Shown: in pieces, positions 1 through 13,935 of the stretch
Numbering within the stretch: position 1 is the first letter of the stretch
How the letters are laid out: every line of letters starts with the position of its first letter
Source: the human T2T-CHM13v2.0 reference genome, Homo sapiens
Length of the DNA stretch: 64,000 bases
Assembly (NCBI RefSeq): GCF_009914755.1
Contig: NC_060933.1
Reading direction: 5' to 3' (one strand)
Position numbers and translations under genes: made by a program
The notes under the pieces: model-generated
What the model saw: the letters and a program-made list of their open reading frames with translations, nothing else
Databases searched by the model: none
Told to the model about the DNA's origin: nothing

Positions 1-432
1 GTTCCAGATTCTAAATGGAGGACTTCATTATTAATGGCATTACTGTGTTATGATTAACAAATTTCCTGTAAGGTACACACTACATACTAAGGTCGGCCAT
101 CATTCTTGTTTTTTTTTTTTTTAACCAAGCTTAAAATGAAGCTTTGTGTTTGAAAGTAATAACAAGCTCAGACGAAGATGGTGGTTGTACATTATTCATT
201 TAGAAAATATAAAAGTTCATTTTGTTTTGAAGCTAGTTATTAAACTGGAATAGCAGTTATACCCCTAAGAATGGGGCCCTTCTCTTGACATTCTTTTGTT
301 GTTTAATTCTTTAGAATCTTAATAAATGTTTTTTTAATCCTGAGAAATTAAACGGTAGTAGACTTGTTAAGAATGAAACTGTAACCAAAATTTTAAAATA
401 AAGTTTTTTTAAAAAAATAAAATAAAATGAAA
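1..432 (+). pseudogene. 3' end (3'UTR-like sequence plus poly(A)) of a probable processed pseudogene; parent not identified; extends beyond window start
   Basis: Non-repeat U-rich mRNA-like sequence with AATAAA at 321-326 and 397-402 and a degenerate A tail at 411-432 that runs straight into the middle A-linker of an Alu. Confidence 0.6.
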
Positions 433-617
433 TAAAAATACAAAAAATTAGCTGGGCATGGTGGCGGGCACCTGTAGTCCCAACTACTCGGGAGGCTGAG
501 GCAGGAAGGAGAATGGTGTGAACCCGGGAGGCAGAGGTTGCAGTGAACCGAGATTGCGCCACTGTGCCCCAGCCTGGGCAACAGAGCAAGACTCTGTCTC
601 AAAAAAAAAAAAAAAAA
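433..617 (+). mobile_element. Alu right arm (AluY/Sc-like); left arm presumably displaced upstream by the retrocopy
   Basis: TAAAAATACAAAAAATTAGCTGGGC linker through GAGAATGGTGTGAACCCGGGAGG to GACTCTGTCTC(A)n. Confidence 0.95.
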
Positions 618-1420
618 GAAGACATTTATGCAACCAACAAACATATGAAAAAATGCTTATCATCACTGGTCATCAGAGAAATGCAAATCAAAACCACAAT
701 GAGATACCATCTCACACCAGTTAGAATGGCATTCATTAAAATGTCAGGAAACAACAGATGCTGGAGAGGATGTGGAGAAATAGGAATGCTTTTACACTGT
801 TGGTGGGAGTGTAAATTAGTTCAACCATTGTGGAAGACAGTGTGGCGATTCCTCAAGGATGTAGAACTAGAAATGCCATTTGACCCAGCAATCCCATTAC
901 TGGGTATAGACTCAAAGGATTATAAATCATTCTACTATAAAGACACATGCACATGTATGTTTATTGCAGCACTATTCACAACAGTAAAGACTCGGAACCA
1001 ACCCAAATGCCCATCAATGATAGACTGGATTAAGAAAATGTGGCACATATACACCATGGAATACTGTGCAGCCATAAAAAAGGATGAGTTCATGTCCTTT
1101 GCAGGGACATGGATGAAGCTGGAAACCATCATTCTCAGTAAACTATCACAAGAACAGAAAACCTAACACCACATGTTCTCATTCATAAGTGGGAGATGAA
1201 CAAGGAGAACACATGGACACAGAGAGGCGAATATCACACACCGGGGCCTGTCACGGAGTGGGGGACTAGGGGAGGGATAGCATTAGGAGAAATACATAAT
1301 GTAGGTGATGGGTTGATGGGTGCAGCAAACCACCACAGCACATGTATACCTATGTAACAAAACTTCATGCTCTGCACATGTACCCCAGAACTTAAGTATA
1401 ATAAAAAAAAAGAAAAAAAA
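612..1420 (+). mobile_element. L1PA7-like 3' end (ORF2 C-terminus, 3'UTR, poly(A))
   Basis: ORF 543-1166 reads [18 protein letters not shown]...[13 protein letters not shown] (L1 ORF2 cysteine-rich C-terminus). G-rich 3'UTR GGGGACTAGGGGAGGGATAGCATTAGGAGAAATAC; A tail ~1400-1420. Confidence 0.93.
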
Positions 1421-2520
1421 TTATGCTTCACAGGTGTGCTCACGAATACAGAGAAAACAGTATGACCAAACATGAGACAATATATTAATAAAGGTTATCT
1501 CTGGGGACTAGAATTGTCAAATGCAGAAAATGAACTTTCATTTTCTACTTTGTACTTACAGGTATACATATATGTATAAGCACACACACAATATTTTCAC
1601 AGGACCATGAATACAGCTATGAAAATAGAGAAATTCTAATGAATCCAATCATCATTTAAGTAAATAGAGCAACAAACTGTTACCAAAAGGCCCAGATTCT
1701 AGTTCCTGGACAGCTGAGTAACTTTAGATAAGTCACCTTTAAATATTAAGTATCTATCAGCATCCTTGACAACTATATGATATATTCTACAGCTTATAAT
1801 AAAGATACATAAGCAAAGAAACATTTAAATATTTTCCAAAGCACTATAAACTTTGAAAGCCTCATACATAATTTCAAATCGGTGATTTTAGCATAAGTGA
1901 TTATAAATTATACCGTCAAATTATGTTGTAATGTAGATCTTAATGCCAAAAATTACCTAGAGGTTACTATTGAAAATGTAACTAATTATGTGATATAGAA
2001 TATAAGGAGTGGCATTCTATACTAATGTTTAAAAAAAATTTTAAAAATAAAACATGAGACTTTTTTTTATTATACGAATTTCAAGGAATGGAGCAAAATT
2101 CCCAGACTACTCTTGGAGTCTTTCTGGTTTAAACGAACTCATTCTCTTTTGTTTACAGATAAAGAAACAATTATATATGTTAAAGCCAGAGTCTGAACTT
2201 TTCATAATCACTATAAACATTCTTAGATTAGAGCAAGAGATCATTTGAAATCAACGTGGGGGGTAGGATAAGGGAGGAATGCACAAAGAACCACGATGCC
2301 AATACTATTAACTAATTTTATTACTGCTGAGATATGAGCCAAATAAACTATGGAGTAGGGTTCTTTTCAATAATTCTAAGAGGCAGTAAGAACAAGACAT
2401 GAATATAGAAGGGGCTAATATTTTAACAATGTAAGAGTACTAATAAATGTTTGCTTCTACCAGGTCCAACACGTTCTCGCTTATCTCCCTATTTATTACA
2501 TTTAAATGTCTGCCTTAGAA

Positions 2521-2802
2521 GCCGGGAATGGTGGCTCACGCCTGTAATCCCAGCACTTTGGTAGGCTAAGGAGGACGGATTGAGCTCAGGAGTTAGAGAT
2601 CAGCCTGGGCAACATGGCGAAACCCCGTCTCTACAAAAACTAGCTGGGCATGGTGGCGCACACCTGCAATCCCAGCTACTCAGGAGCCTGAAGTAGGAGG
2701 ACTGCTGGAGCCTGGGAAGTAGAGGCTGAAGTGAGCTGTGATTGTGCCAATGCACTCCAGCCTGGACGACAGAGCAAAACTGTGTCTCAAAAAAAATAAA
2801 AA
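2521..2802 (+). mobile_element. AluJ-type
   Basis: Dimeric Alu with GGAGGACTGCTGGAGCCTGGG (J-like) and A tail. Confidence 0.92.
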
Positions 2803-3239
2803 CTGTGCCTTGAAAAGGTGTAAAACTTCTAAAAGGAGAGTAGTACACTGATTTGTGTGTTAGCAGAAGTACTCCAAGAATAAATAATTTATACCATTCT
2901 TGGCCAAGGGTTTAAAGGCCCAATCCCTGCATCATGATGCCCATGTTCATTTACATAGAACACATACTCAAAAGCCTAACCTCAAAGCTTTAATAAAGCT
3001 CTTCTCCGCCCACCCACACCCCATCCTAACTTTATGTAGTAACTTCCACTTTGTAAGAGCTACCTGAAAGGTCACACATTTTCTTGAGAAAAAGCAAATG
3101 GAGAATAAATATAACAGGAACATTTATAGTATCTTGACATATGTGAGAATCTCTGACTCTGCTTTCCATATAATATTAAAACTGATCATTTAGAAAATGC
3201 ATTTCCAGGGAAGACTCAAAAGCCTCTTGTGGCTTTCTG

Positions 3240-3915
3240 GTAAGATGTACAGTACTTCTGTGGTATTCTGGCCAAAAATGCATAAAATTAATCTTATAAG
3301 GAAAAACCAGATACACCCAAACGAAGGGAAATTCTGCAATATAAATGGATTGTATTCTTCAAAAATGTCAAGGCTATGAAAGATAAAGAATGACTGAGGA
3401 ACTGTTCTAGATTAAAAAAGAAGTGACAACTAAATGTAACATGTATCCCAGGATTAGCTCCTAGACCAGGAAAAAAAATCTTCTTTCTTTTGTACTAAAG
3501 GACATAGTGGGACAACTGGCATATTGGAAAATGGTCTGCAGATCATGTCATAGTATGGTATCAACGTAAATGTTCTGATTTTGAAAAGTGTAGAAGTGTA
3601 CATTAGCTGCATAGAAGAAAATGTCCTTTCTTGAGGGAATATGCACTGAAGTATTTAGGAGTAAAAGCACATTGTGTCTGCATTTTACCCTTCACATGGC
3701 TCAGAAAAAAATATATAGTCATACATGCCCTATATCTATATAAAATGCTACGTATTATATATTATGCATATAATGGCATATATAATACTTGGAGAATAGA
3801 GACATAATGAACAAATATGGTAAAATATTAACATTTCAGGAATCGGGGTGATGTGTATATGGGATTCTTTGTACTATTTTTAAACTTCTGTAAGTCTGAA
3901 GTTACTTTCAGAAAA
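3240..3915 (+). mobile_element. L1MC4-like 3'UTR fragment
   Basis: TTCTGTGGTATTCTGGCCAAAAATGCATAA...TCTTCAAAAATGTCAAGG...TGACAACTAAATGTAAC...CTGTAAGTCTGAA, typical of old L1MC 3' ends. Confidence 0.75.
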
Positions 3916-4864
3916 AGCCTACTATGAAATATTTTGCAAACTTCATTTTCCTCCCTACATTTCCCTTCTCTGGGTAGAGCTGAAGAAACACGGGCTACTG
4001 ATCTTATTACTCTTTGTGCAAAAAATAAAAAGTGAAACTTCTACACCACTTAAGAAGTATCCATAATACATCACAAGCCCCATTTAAAGAATTTCCAGGC
4101 TATTTGCAGCATGAAGATAATAAGCAAACAAAATATACATTTCTCCAACAGACTTATAAATGACGAAGTAGAAAAGTACAGACTGCTGTTCTCATTTTTA
4201 TGAGGTAGAAAAAGGTACAATAGTGCAATAAATATTTACATTAAGCATGTGCCTTGCTTTCAGTGCTTTCAAATAATTACTCTGTGGAAACTACTCTTAA
4301 TATCTTAATTTACAGAATGATTCAGCAATTCAAAATCTCTGAAAACCAGAAAATTTTCAAATATTTAAACATTTACCTGAGTATGTGACATTTCAAATAT
4401 TTTGTCTTACAATTTGTTCTACCAAACATAGAAATCTGAGTAGTATGAAGAAAGGGAAGAAAAGGAAAATTTCTATTCTAAACTGGACAGAAGACACTGT
4501 ATTTCTAATGTGATCACAGAAATGCCTACATAACTTACATGAGAAGTAATTTCGAAGGTATTATGTTTTCTAACAATAACAATGGCTTTAAAATAATCCT
4601 ATTGCACTGTTTCTTTGCATATAGTTCTCTGAAACCTAGATTTGTATAAGATATAACTTACACAGGCTAAAATGAGACAAATACAAAAAAATTATATATA
4701 TGTTAAAATTTTTTAAAAGCAACAGTATAAGTTATCCAATTTACCTCTCAATTTCATCTTACGTATGAATAAAGGATTATCTTTTAGGTACTGTCCCAGC
4801 ATAAATTAAGGTTCTCCTCTACATAAAGTGCATCTCCTCTTTTTTCCTATAATAATATTTCAAA

Positions 4865-5268
<404 letters not shown>

Positions 5269-5739
5269 TTAATTAGGAAATGATAATATGGCTTTTCTAA
5301 AACTGATATCTGTAGGAAGTTCTACAAGACAAAGGAGGTCTTTAGGATGAAATAAAGATAGTAGTGAGACTGCAGCTTCCTTGATTATGACTTTCTTTCT
5401 CTCCTTAGTAAAAGCTCTTCTTACTGTTAGATTTTATTAACATGAAATGACAGGATTTACCCTGGACTTCCCATTTCTCAGAGAATATGCAGTTCTCACT
5501 TATCTGTGAAGACAGTAGTGGAGCTGTAGTGGAATACCTCTAGGAAAGACTAAGCAAGTTTCCTTAGTCCACACTACTTTCCTGTCCCCTCCAAACACCT
5601 TCCCCGCACCAATTCAGTCAAAGACATCCCTTGCCATAGGAAAAGAAATACACAGCAGAGCATGGAGAACACAATTTGATATTATGGCATCCTAGTTTCA
5701 AATGGAGGCTTCTGAAACCCATAGAAGAGACAAATTCTT

Positions 5740-7230
<1,491 letters not shown>

Positions 7231-7602
7231 CTAATTCTTAATAGCCAAAACTTCTGAATTCAAAAGATGGGTCTCTGGGTTTCAAAAAGCTTTAAGTAAA
7301 CAGGCTTAGAGTTTCTGCAATAAGCCAGATGAAGAACCAATTTTATCTAACTACATGAGGATTGCTGGGGAGGGGGGAAAAGGGAATCAAGTCAACAAGA
7401 GGGTTAGAACAGTTAAACTGGTGACTGGCTTCAGGCTTTTATGTTTTCTATAAGTGAGATATAGGTAAAATCATACTAGCCACACTTTAATGTTGATTTT
7501 TTTCATTCATACTTTCTAAAAATTATTTCACATTATTAGATGCACATACACAACATTTTCAGTGACTTCAGATTACTATATTTGTCATAACATACTATAA
7601 TT

Positions 7603-7782
7603 CATTCATTCTACTTTATTTTTTTTTACAGATGGGGTCTTGCTCTGCCTCCTAGGCTGGAATGCAGTGGTGCAATCATAGCTCACTAGCTGACTGTAGC
7701 CCTGAACCTAGGCTCAAGCAATTATCCTGCCTCAGCCTCCCAAGTAGTTGGGACTGCAGGTGAGCACCACCACACCTGGCTA
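7603..7782 (-). mobile_element. FRAM / Alu right monomer
   Basis: Single antisense arm flanked by CATACTATAATT / CATACTACAATT direct repeat. Confidence 0.85.
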
Positions 7783-8020
7783 CATACTACAATTTAAGCA
7801 AATCTTCAGGTCGGTTTGCCATTATGAACATTATCTAACATGGGTATCTGCTTAGCCATCCTCTTTTCCAATTAATTTTTATGATTTTAAGCCTTTTTTT
7901 AATTCTCAACTTTTTCCCCAACCCAACTACCAGATATTCAATACTAATAACCAGGTATATTTCCCAACTTAAAATAATTATATTATCCATTTATTATTCT
8001 CACATTCGGGTTATTATTTA

Positions 8021-8300
8021 TGTAATGGAACCTGATTGTTTTTGCCAGCTTGGTATCTGCTTCCTCTTCTTTCTATAACAGAACCCAATTATTTTAAGGA
8101 AACTTCTGTCTCTCACTGCATGCAGTCCTGGTGAAGGTATCAGTCAAGGTACGTTCCCCTCCCCAGCTAAAGAAAACGCACAGACCCAAGTTAGACCAAT
8201 CAAACTCTGGCTACTGGAAATGTAAATCTTGAGCACAGTGATAATCAGAACCAATTAATTTTAACAACTGAACCTTCAAGAGGACATAGGATAGTTCCTG
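8021..8300 (+). mobile_element. Old ERVL/MaLR LTR fragment (LTR33/MLT1K-L class)
   Basis: TGTAATGG start and GACCCAAGTTAGACCAATCA motif; highly diverged. Confidence 0.4.
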
Positions 8301-8544
8301 CTACCTGAATACCCAGCTCTTGGATAAGAAAGTATGACTTGAAAGTTAGTAGCTCCCAAGTTTAAGACAAAAAAAAAAAAAATCAAAAACTTTTTTGGAG
8401 GGCTGCCTACCAGATGCCAGGACTAACATTCTGCTACCTAACTGTACTATCGCCCGGCTGAAAAACAGTAACAAAAAAGACCGGAAAAAAAAAGATCACT
8501 TTTCTTCCAGGTGGCCTAGCAGAGAAATTTCATGACTTTAATGC

Positions 8545-8750
8545 ACTTTGAGGGCAGAAAGAGTCAAATTTCAGCCCTGCCTCCCATTAGTTCTGTGACC
8601 CAGCACAAGTTATTTATTAGCCTCTTTGAGTACCTTGGTTTTGTTACCCACTTCTACTAGAGTATGGTATGTGGACTGGAGACAAATTATGTAAAACATT
8701 TAATACTATGCCTGACAAATAGTAGGAAAACAATAAACACAAGCTATTAT
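8545..8750 (+). mobile_element. MIR
   Basis: TTAGTTCTGTGACCCAGCACAAGTTATTT core, then GTAAAACATTTAATACTATGCCTGAC. Confidence 0.7.
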
Positions 8751-8791
8751 TTCTGCTCAAATATTTGGGTATTTAACATTTCATCAGGAAA

Positions 8792-8932
8792 GCCAGGTGT
8801 GGTGGTACACACCTGTAGTCCCAGACAATCAGGAGGCTGTGGCAGAAGGTTGTGTCATTTGAGCCCAGGAGTTCAAGGCCAGCCTGGTAAACATAGTGAG
8901 ACCTCATCTCTATTAAAAAAAAAAAAAAAAAA
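8792..8932 (+). mobile_element. FLAM (Alu left monomer)
   Basis: Single arm ending GAGACCTCATCTCTATT(A)n. Confidence 0.85.
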
Positions 8933-9034
8933 CCCCAAACTTCAGCAAGCTGCATTACATTACTCATATGACTAAGTTATAATACCGCTTAACCAAAAGA
9001 CTAACAATATTACAAAGAAAGAAAAAAAATGTCT

Positions 9035-9340
9035 GGCCAGGCACAGTGGCTAACGCCTGTAGTCTCAGCACTTTGGGAGGCCAAAGTGGGCAGATCCAGG
9101 CTTCAAGAGCAGCCTGGCCAATATGGCCAATATGGTGAAACCTTGTCTCTATTAAAAATACGAAAATTAGCTGGGTATATTGGCACATGCCTGTAGTCCC
9201 AGCTACTCAGGAGGCTGAGGCAGGAGAATTGCTTGAACCCGGGAGGCAGAGTTTGCAGTAAGCCGAGATTGTGCCACTGCACTCCAGCCTGAGCGACAGA
9301 GCGAGATTCCATCTCAAAAAAAAAAAAAAAAAAAAAAAAA
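9035..9340 (+). mobile_element. AluS with small internal deletion and 9-bp duplication (GGCCAATAT x2)
   Basis: Dimeric Alu, A25 tail, AAAATGTCT / AAAAGTCT TSD. Confidence 0.95.
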
Positions 9341-9732
9341 GTCTTACAAATTTGGACAATGAGTTCTTCTACACCTGTATATTGAGCAAAAATCTGTATT
9401 TTTAACAGATAACTTAATTCATTATTCCTGGTATGGACACAGAAACAAATTCCTAAAATGCATGGTGAATGACAAAGATTTCCATAATGAACATTTCATA
9501 ATTCAGATATCACCAATACTGAAATATCTCCAGCAAGCAGGAAAAAGTATCCAATTGATGAATTAAAACTGGCTAGTAACTTTCTTGCAAAAATAACTCT
9601 ACTAAGAAGACTGTTTTGCCTTGTTTTATTTTGCCAGAGACAGAGAACTTTATAAAGATCAAGCCCACCTGTGGAAATAGAAATCCATTATTTCTTAATA
9701 TGTGTAATCTAAACAAAAAGACTTAAATTTAC

Positions 9733-9789
9733 CTGTAGGAAAATCATTTAAAATTATTCATCATTCTTTTTCCAATTGAGTGACAGCAG
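9733..9789 (-). other. Candidate 57-nt non-coding exon
   Basis: Minus strand: aatacttttttttctttttag|CTGCTG...CCTACAG|gtaaat; stop codons in all three frames. Confidence 0.35.
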
Positions 9790-9834
9790 CTAAAAAGAAA
9801 AAAAAGTATTCATTATTCTTTAAAGAAATATTTT

Positions 9835-10105
9835 TCTAGTGAGGAAAGAATAGTCTGAACAAATGATGCTGGGACAACTGGGTATCCACATGCAAAAGAA
9901 TGAAATTGTACCCCTACCTCACACCATATATGAAAATTAACTCAAAATGAATCCTAGATCTAAAGAGCTAAAACTACAAAGTACAGGAGTAAATCTCTAT
10001 GATCTTGAGTTAGGCATTAGTTTTTTAGATATGACACCAAAGCACAAGAGACAAAAGAAAAAAATAGATAAACTGGACTACATCAGAATTAAAATAATCT
10101 TTCCC
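9835..10105 (+). mobile_element. L1M ORF2 fragment
   Basis: AACAAATGATGCTGGGACAACTGGGTATCCACATGCAAAAGAATGAAATTG...GATATGACACCAAAGCAC. Confidence 0.85.
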
Positions 10106-10169
10106 ATGCAGAGGCCACTGTTATCTAGCTCATGTCTAATAATAACAGTAAGGACAACTCATTTTAATT

Positions 10170-10400
10170 AAGTAACTTAATGTGTGCCAGCCATTGTTCT
10201 CAGGACATTACATGTATTAGTTCATATAATCCTCACAACAACACAATGAGACAGGTATTATTATCTCTGCTTTCTAAATTTGGAAAACAAAGTGCAGAGA
10301 GTTAAAGCAAGCCCAAGGTCACACAGCTAGCAAGTAGTAGAACAGTGATTCAAACTCTAGCACTGTGATTCTCAAGTCACTTCTCACCACTATGCATTAG
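10170..10400 (-). mobile_element. MIR (MIRb-like)
   Basis: AATCCTCACAACAAC...GCCCAAGGTCACACAGCTAG...GATTCAAACTC. Confidence 0.85.
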
Positions 10401-13400
10401 TGCCTAAAAAATAATTTCATTGTTGATTTACATGTATACTTTAAGAAATGTGGACAACCTTCTCTCAGAGTAGGTTAAGAACTATTACGTGATGCCTTCT
10501 CCCAAACACATATGTATATGCACTTAGCCTGTGGACAATGAATTCAATCCTACCCTTAACCATCACCATCCCTCTTTGCCTTTGGTTCCAGTCCACTTGT
10601 TCCTGTATTACTTAAAATGCTGCAAGAGAAAACTGCAGAAGTGGTGAGCACTGCTTTGCTCCCGGCACTCACATCCTTATGCTTTGGCACAAGTTTATGA
10701 TAAGAATGCATCCCCATTCTCACCCTCAGTTGTTCCAGGCAACTTATGCCACAAGAAGCGTACCTTTACCCCAGCTGTACATACAAACTCGTTTTCAAAC
10801 TTCCTTTTTAGCTTTTGAAATGTTTTTCAAAAAAAAAATTGAAAAACGTTTCTCACTGACATAGTATATAGATATGTACTTAAATAAAACCAAAGTTTAG
10901 TAAACAATATTTACTATTTGGTATATACTGATATTTTACTTTGTTTTTTTAATCTTTCCTTTTAAAATACTGGTCACAATTCAATTGGTTTCATGATCAA
11001 CATGTTAAAACTTGAAGTTTGACAAACACTGAACTAGAAAAATACAGGCATTAATAAAATTGTCTGTTTTCCCATAAATACAAATATAAATTTACCCAGA
11101 AGCTTTTCACATATATTTGCTGAACTGAACTTAATAAAAAAAAAAACACACAACCTTAGTTACTGCACCTTAAACTGAGCTTATTAGTAAATATCACAGT
11201 GATATTTGAAGGAGCCTAAGTCTTTTCTCAAAGGGGTGCATCCAAATAAGAGTTTTACATAAAAAATGATGCATACAGTTATTTAATAAGAGTTACTAAT
11301 TACCTCTGTGGTCAATCTCCAAAGATGTGAAATAGTGATCCTTGTCATTTAAGTTCATAACGCAGATTACTGTTACATAAGACACACACAAAACGTATGA
11401 ACCTTTTTTAAAAAAAATTATGGAAGGAAGAAGGCAGAAATCCAAAATACTACATACTCCCTCACAACCTAATTGCTTCTGGATGTTAAGAGCAGGAAGT
11501 CTAGCCCCCAATTTTTTTTTTCTCCCTCCATGACCTTACTGATAAGAAGTGGCCATCCCGGTAATGGAGGGGAAAGTAAATGTTATAAATTGATAGCAGA
11601 AATTCCAGAATGTCGGCGGACTCCAAATCCAAGATTAAAAAGGTAATGGCAAGAATAGTGCTTCACATTTAGCAGGTGGTCAATTAAACCTCTACTGGGT
11701 AAATGAATTGTATAAAAGAAGCATACGCTATTAAAATTTGTTCAGCCATTCAGTCATATTTAGCTGTCTAAACTGCAAAGACTTGTAAGTTAGTACCAAA
11801 TCCCAAAGAAGTTTACCAAAGTTACACAACCAGGCAGCAGCAATGCTAAGCCCATTACTCAATTCACTGTTTTCTTTTCTGTTCTGTTGCCACCTCAAAA
11901 TAAAAAAACACATCCTTCGTTAGAGATGATAAAGTGGATATTAAGACATCTATGTAATTGGAAACAAGTTCCACATTCAATTATTACCTCTGCATATAAG
12001 ATAAGCTGTATAGTACATGAATAAAAAGATTTATTAAATTTGCTAAATTTCATATTTAATAAATTTAAAATTTTATTAGAGAAATCAGAGTAAATCCATT
12101 TTATTACCTAATTAAAGTTGTAAAGGGCTACAAAGAAACTAGAAATTAAACATGTGTTAATTTAAAAACAAAAAACAAAACCTTAAAGTACAATTTAAGC
12201 TACCAGTCTCCTGCATAAACACAAGGCAGAGACCTCGATGCTGGGAAAATAGCCAAAATTACAAACTTAATCAATGTGGCAGGAAATCTGTTCACACTTT
12301 GAAATCTTGATACAAAGCATTTCTGACAAGCCATGAGATGGCATAAAATTAAATTATAATTATAATCGTAAGTTCTTCTATTTCCTATGTTCTTACGATG
12401 GTTAGAACTTACGATTATAACCATACTGAAGTATCAGTTATTTTTAGAAAATCAAGCTAAAGGTAGTAATATGAACCAGATTTTATTGAAGATTTGAAAT
12501 TCAAATACTGTGGGCAAAATATATTTAAAAATAGGCTTTGTTTTACACTATTGTTGTAGAAACAAGGAGTTTTTGACACCGCATAAAGAATCTTTAGTTG
12601 TTCCTTTAATTTACAGACACTTAGATGAATTAATTTTTAAGAAGAAGTTTAATTTTCTAGTTGGATAAAATATTAGTGCTAATAAAAGTATAATAAGGAT
12701 CTGAATCCTAAAATCACTTATAAAGAGCCTACAGAATGTCCCTCTGGCAATAAGAATATCATATAACACCTAGATTTTCAAATAATGTGCAAAAAATGCT
12801 AACTACTCATACTTTTCAGAGGGAAGAAAAAGGAAAAACATCTATTATAATAGAAAACAAAAAAACTTTATTTAGATACATTGCTGATCTAATGAATGTC
12901 AAGAAATAATTTCGGGAGAAACTTGAAAAAATAAGACCCCAAACTTTTATTTCAATGGCAAAGCTACACTTTGTGTGGTTTAAGCCCATCGTTAGTCCTC
13001 TAGGATCTGGCACTCTTCTAACTTCCACCTTTCTACTCTACCCCCTCTACTGAGTCACAACAAAACTGCCTTTGTTGTATCAAATTAACCCAAGAACAAC
13101 ATACTAGGCATTTCCTCCCATCACAGCATTTACTCATTTTATTATATGCATCAGGAATGCCCTATCGAGTTCCCTTGTGTATGTGAAAACAGTCTGCTTT
13201 GATAACACTTGTCAAAAGGAGACTCATCTCCTCTCCCCCTAAGAACTTTGGGACTTTAGGGGAAGAAGAGATTTCTATCATTTCTCTCATTCACTAGAAG
13301 TTTACGAACTTCCTCAGGATTTTGTTTCTTTGTTTTAAACTTCTTATGCCTCTACCAGACTTAAAACGCAAGTTCAAGACTTAAAACACAGTTATTATGA

Positions 13401-13414
13401 AGATACTTGTAGTG

Positions 13415-13935
13415 AGAAGCAGTTTAGCCTCATGATTAGAGTATGAGCCAAGTATCTGGATGGAATTCTGACTTTTCCTTAACATTTCCTCCTCTCAATC
13501 TTGTCGACTGGAAAATGGGGATTATAACAGTGCCTACTTCATCAACTTGTGATGAGGATTTAAATGATTTCATACATGTAAAGCACTTAGAACAAGCCAG
13601 GCACAATAGCTCACACCTGTAATCTCAGCTACTCGGGAGGCCGAGGCAGGAGGGCCGCTTGAGCCCGGGAGTTGGAGACCAGCCTGGGCAACATAGTGAG
13701 ACTCTCTCTAAATAAAAATGTTTGTCTTTTAAATTAGCCAGATGTGGTGTTGCATGCCTGCAGTCCCAGGTACCTGGGACAGTGAGACGGGAGGATCTAA
13801 GCCCAGTAGTTCAAGGCTACAGTTTGCTATGATCACTCTACTCTTTCACCCAGGCTGCAGTGCAGTAAAACAAAAAAACCACTTAGAACAGTATTCAGCT
13901 AACAGGAAATTCTAATAAATATTAGTTATTATTAA
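13415..13935 (+). mobile_element. MIR split by an AluJ
   Basis: CTGGAAAATGGGGATTATAACAGTGCCTAC...GTAAAGCACTTAGAACA, resuming at 13880. Confidence 0.75.
13595..13879 (+). mobile_element. AluJ with an inverted 3' segment
   Basis: TSD CACTTAGAACA (13584-13594 / 13880-13890); 13837-13866 is the reverse complement of the Alu 3' end. Confidence 0.92.

Noticed and set aside
543-1166. 207-aa ORF, the longest in the window
   Set aside because: Chance fusion of an Alu 3' end/poly(A) with the L1 ORF2 C-terminus; not a gene.
10554-10619. Minus-strand TTTTCTCTTGCAG...AGG|GTAGGA exon-like block
   Set aside because: Weak donor and stops in all frames; indistinguishable from a pseudo-exon.
13226-13272. 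Imperfect inverted repeat (about 15/18)
   Set aside because: Low-complexity purine/pyrimidine arms; likely chance.
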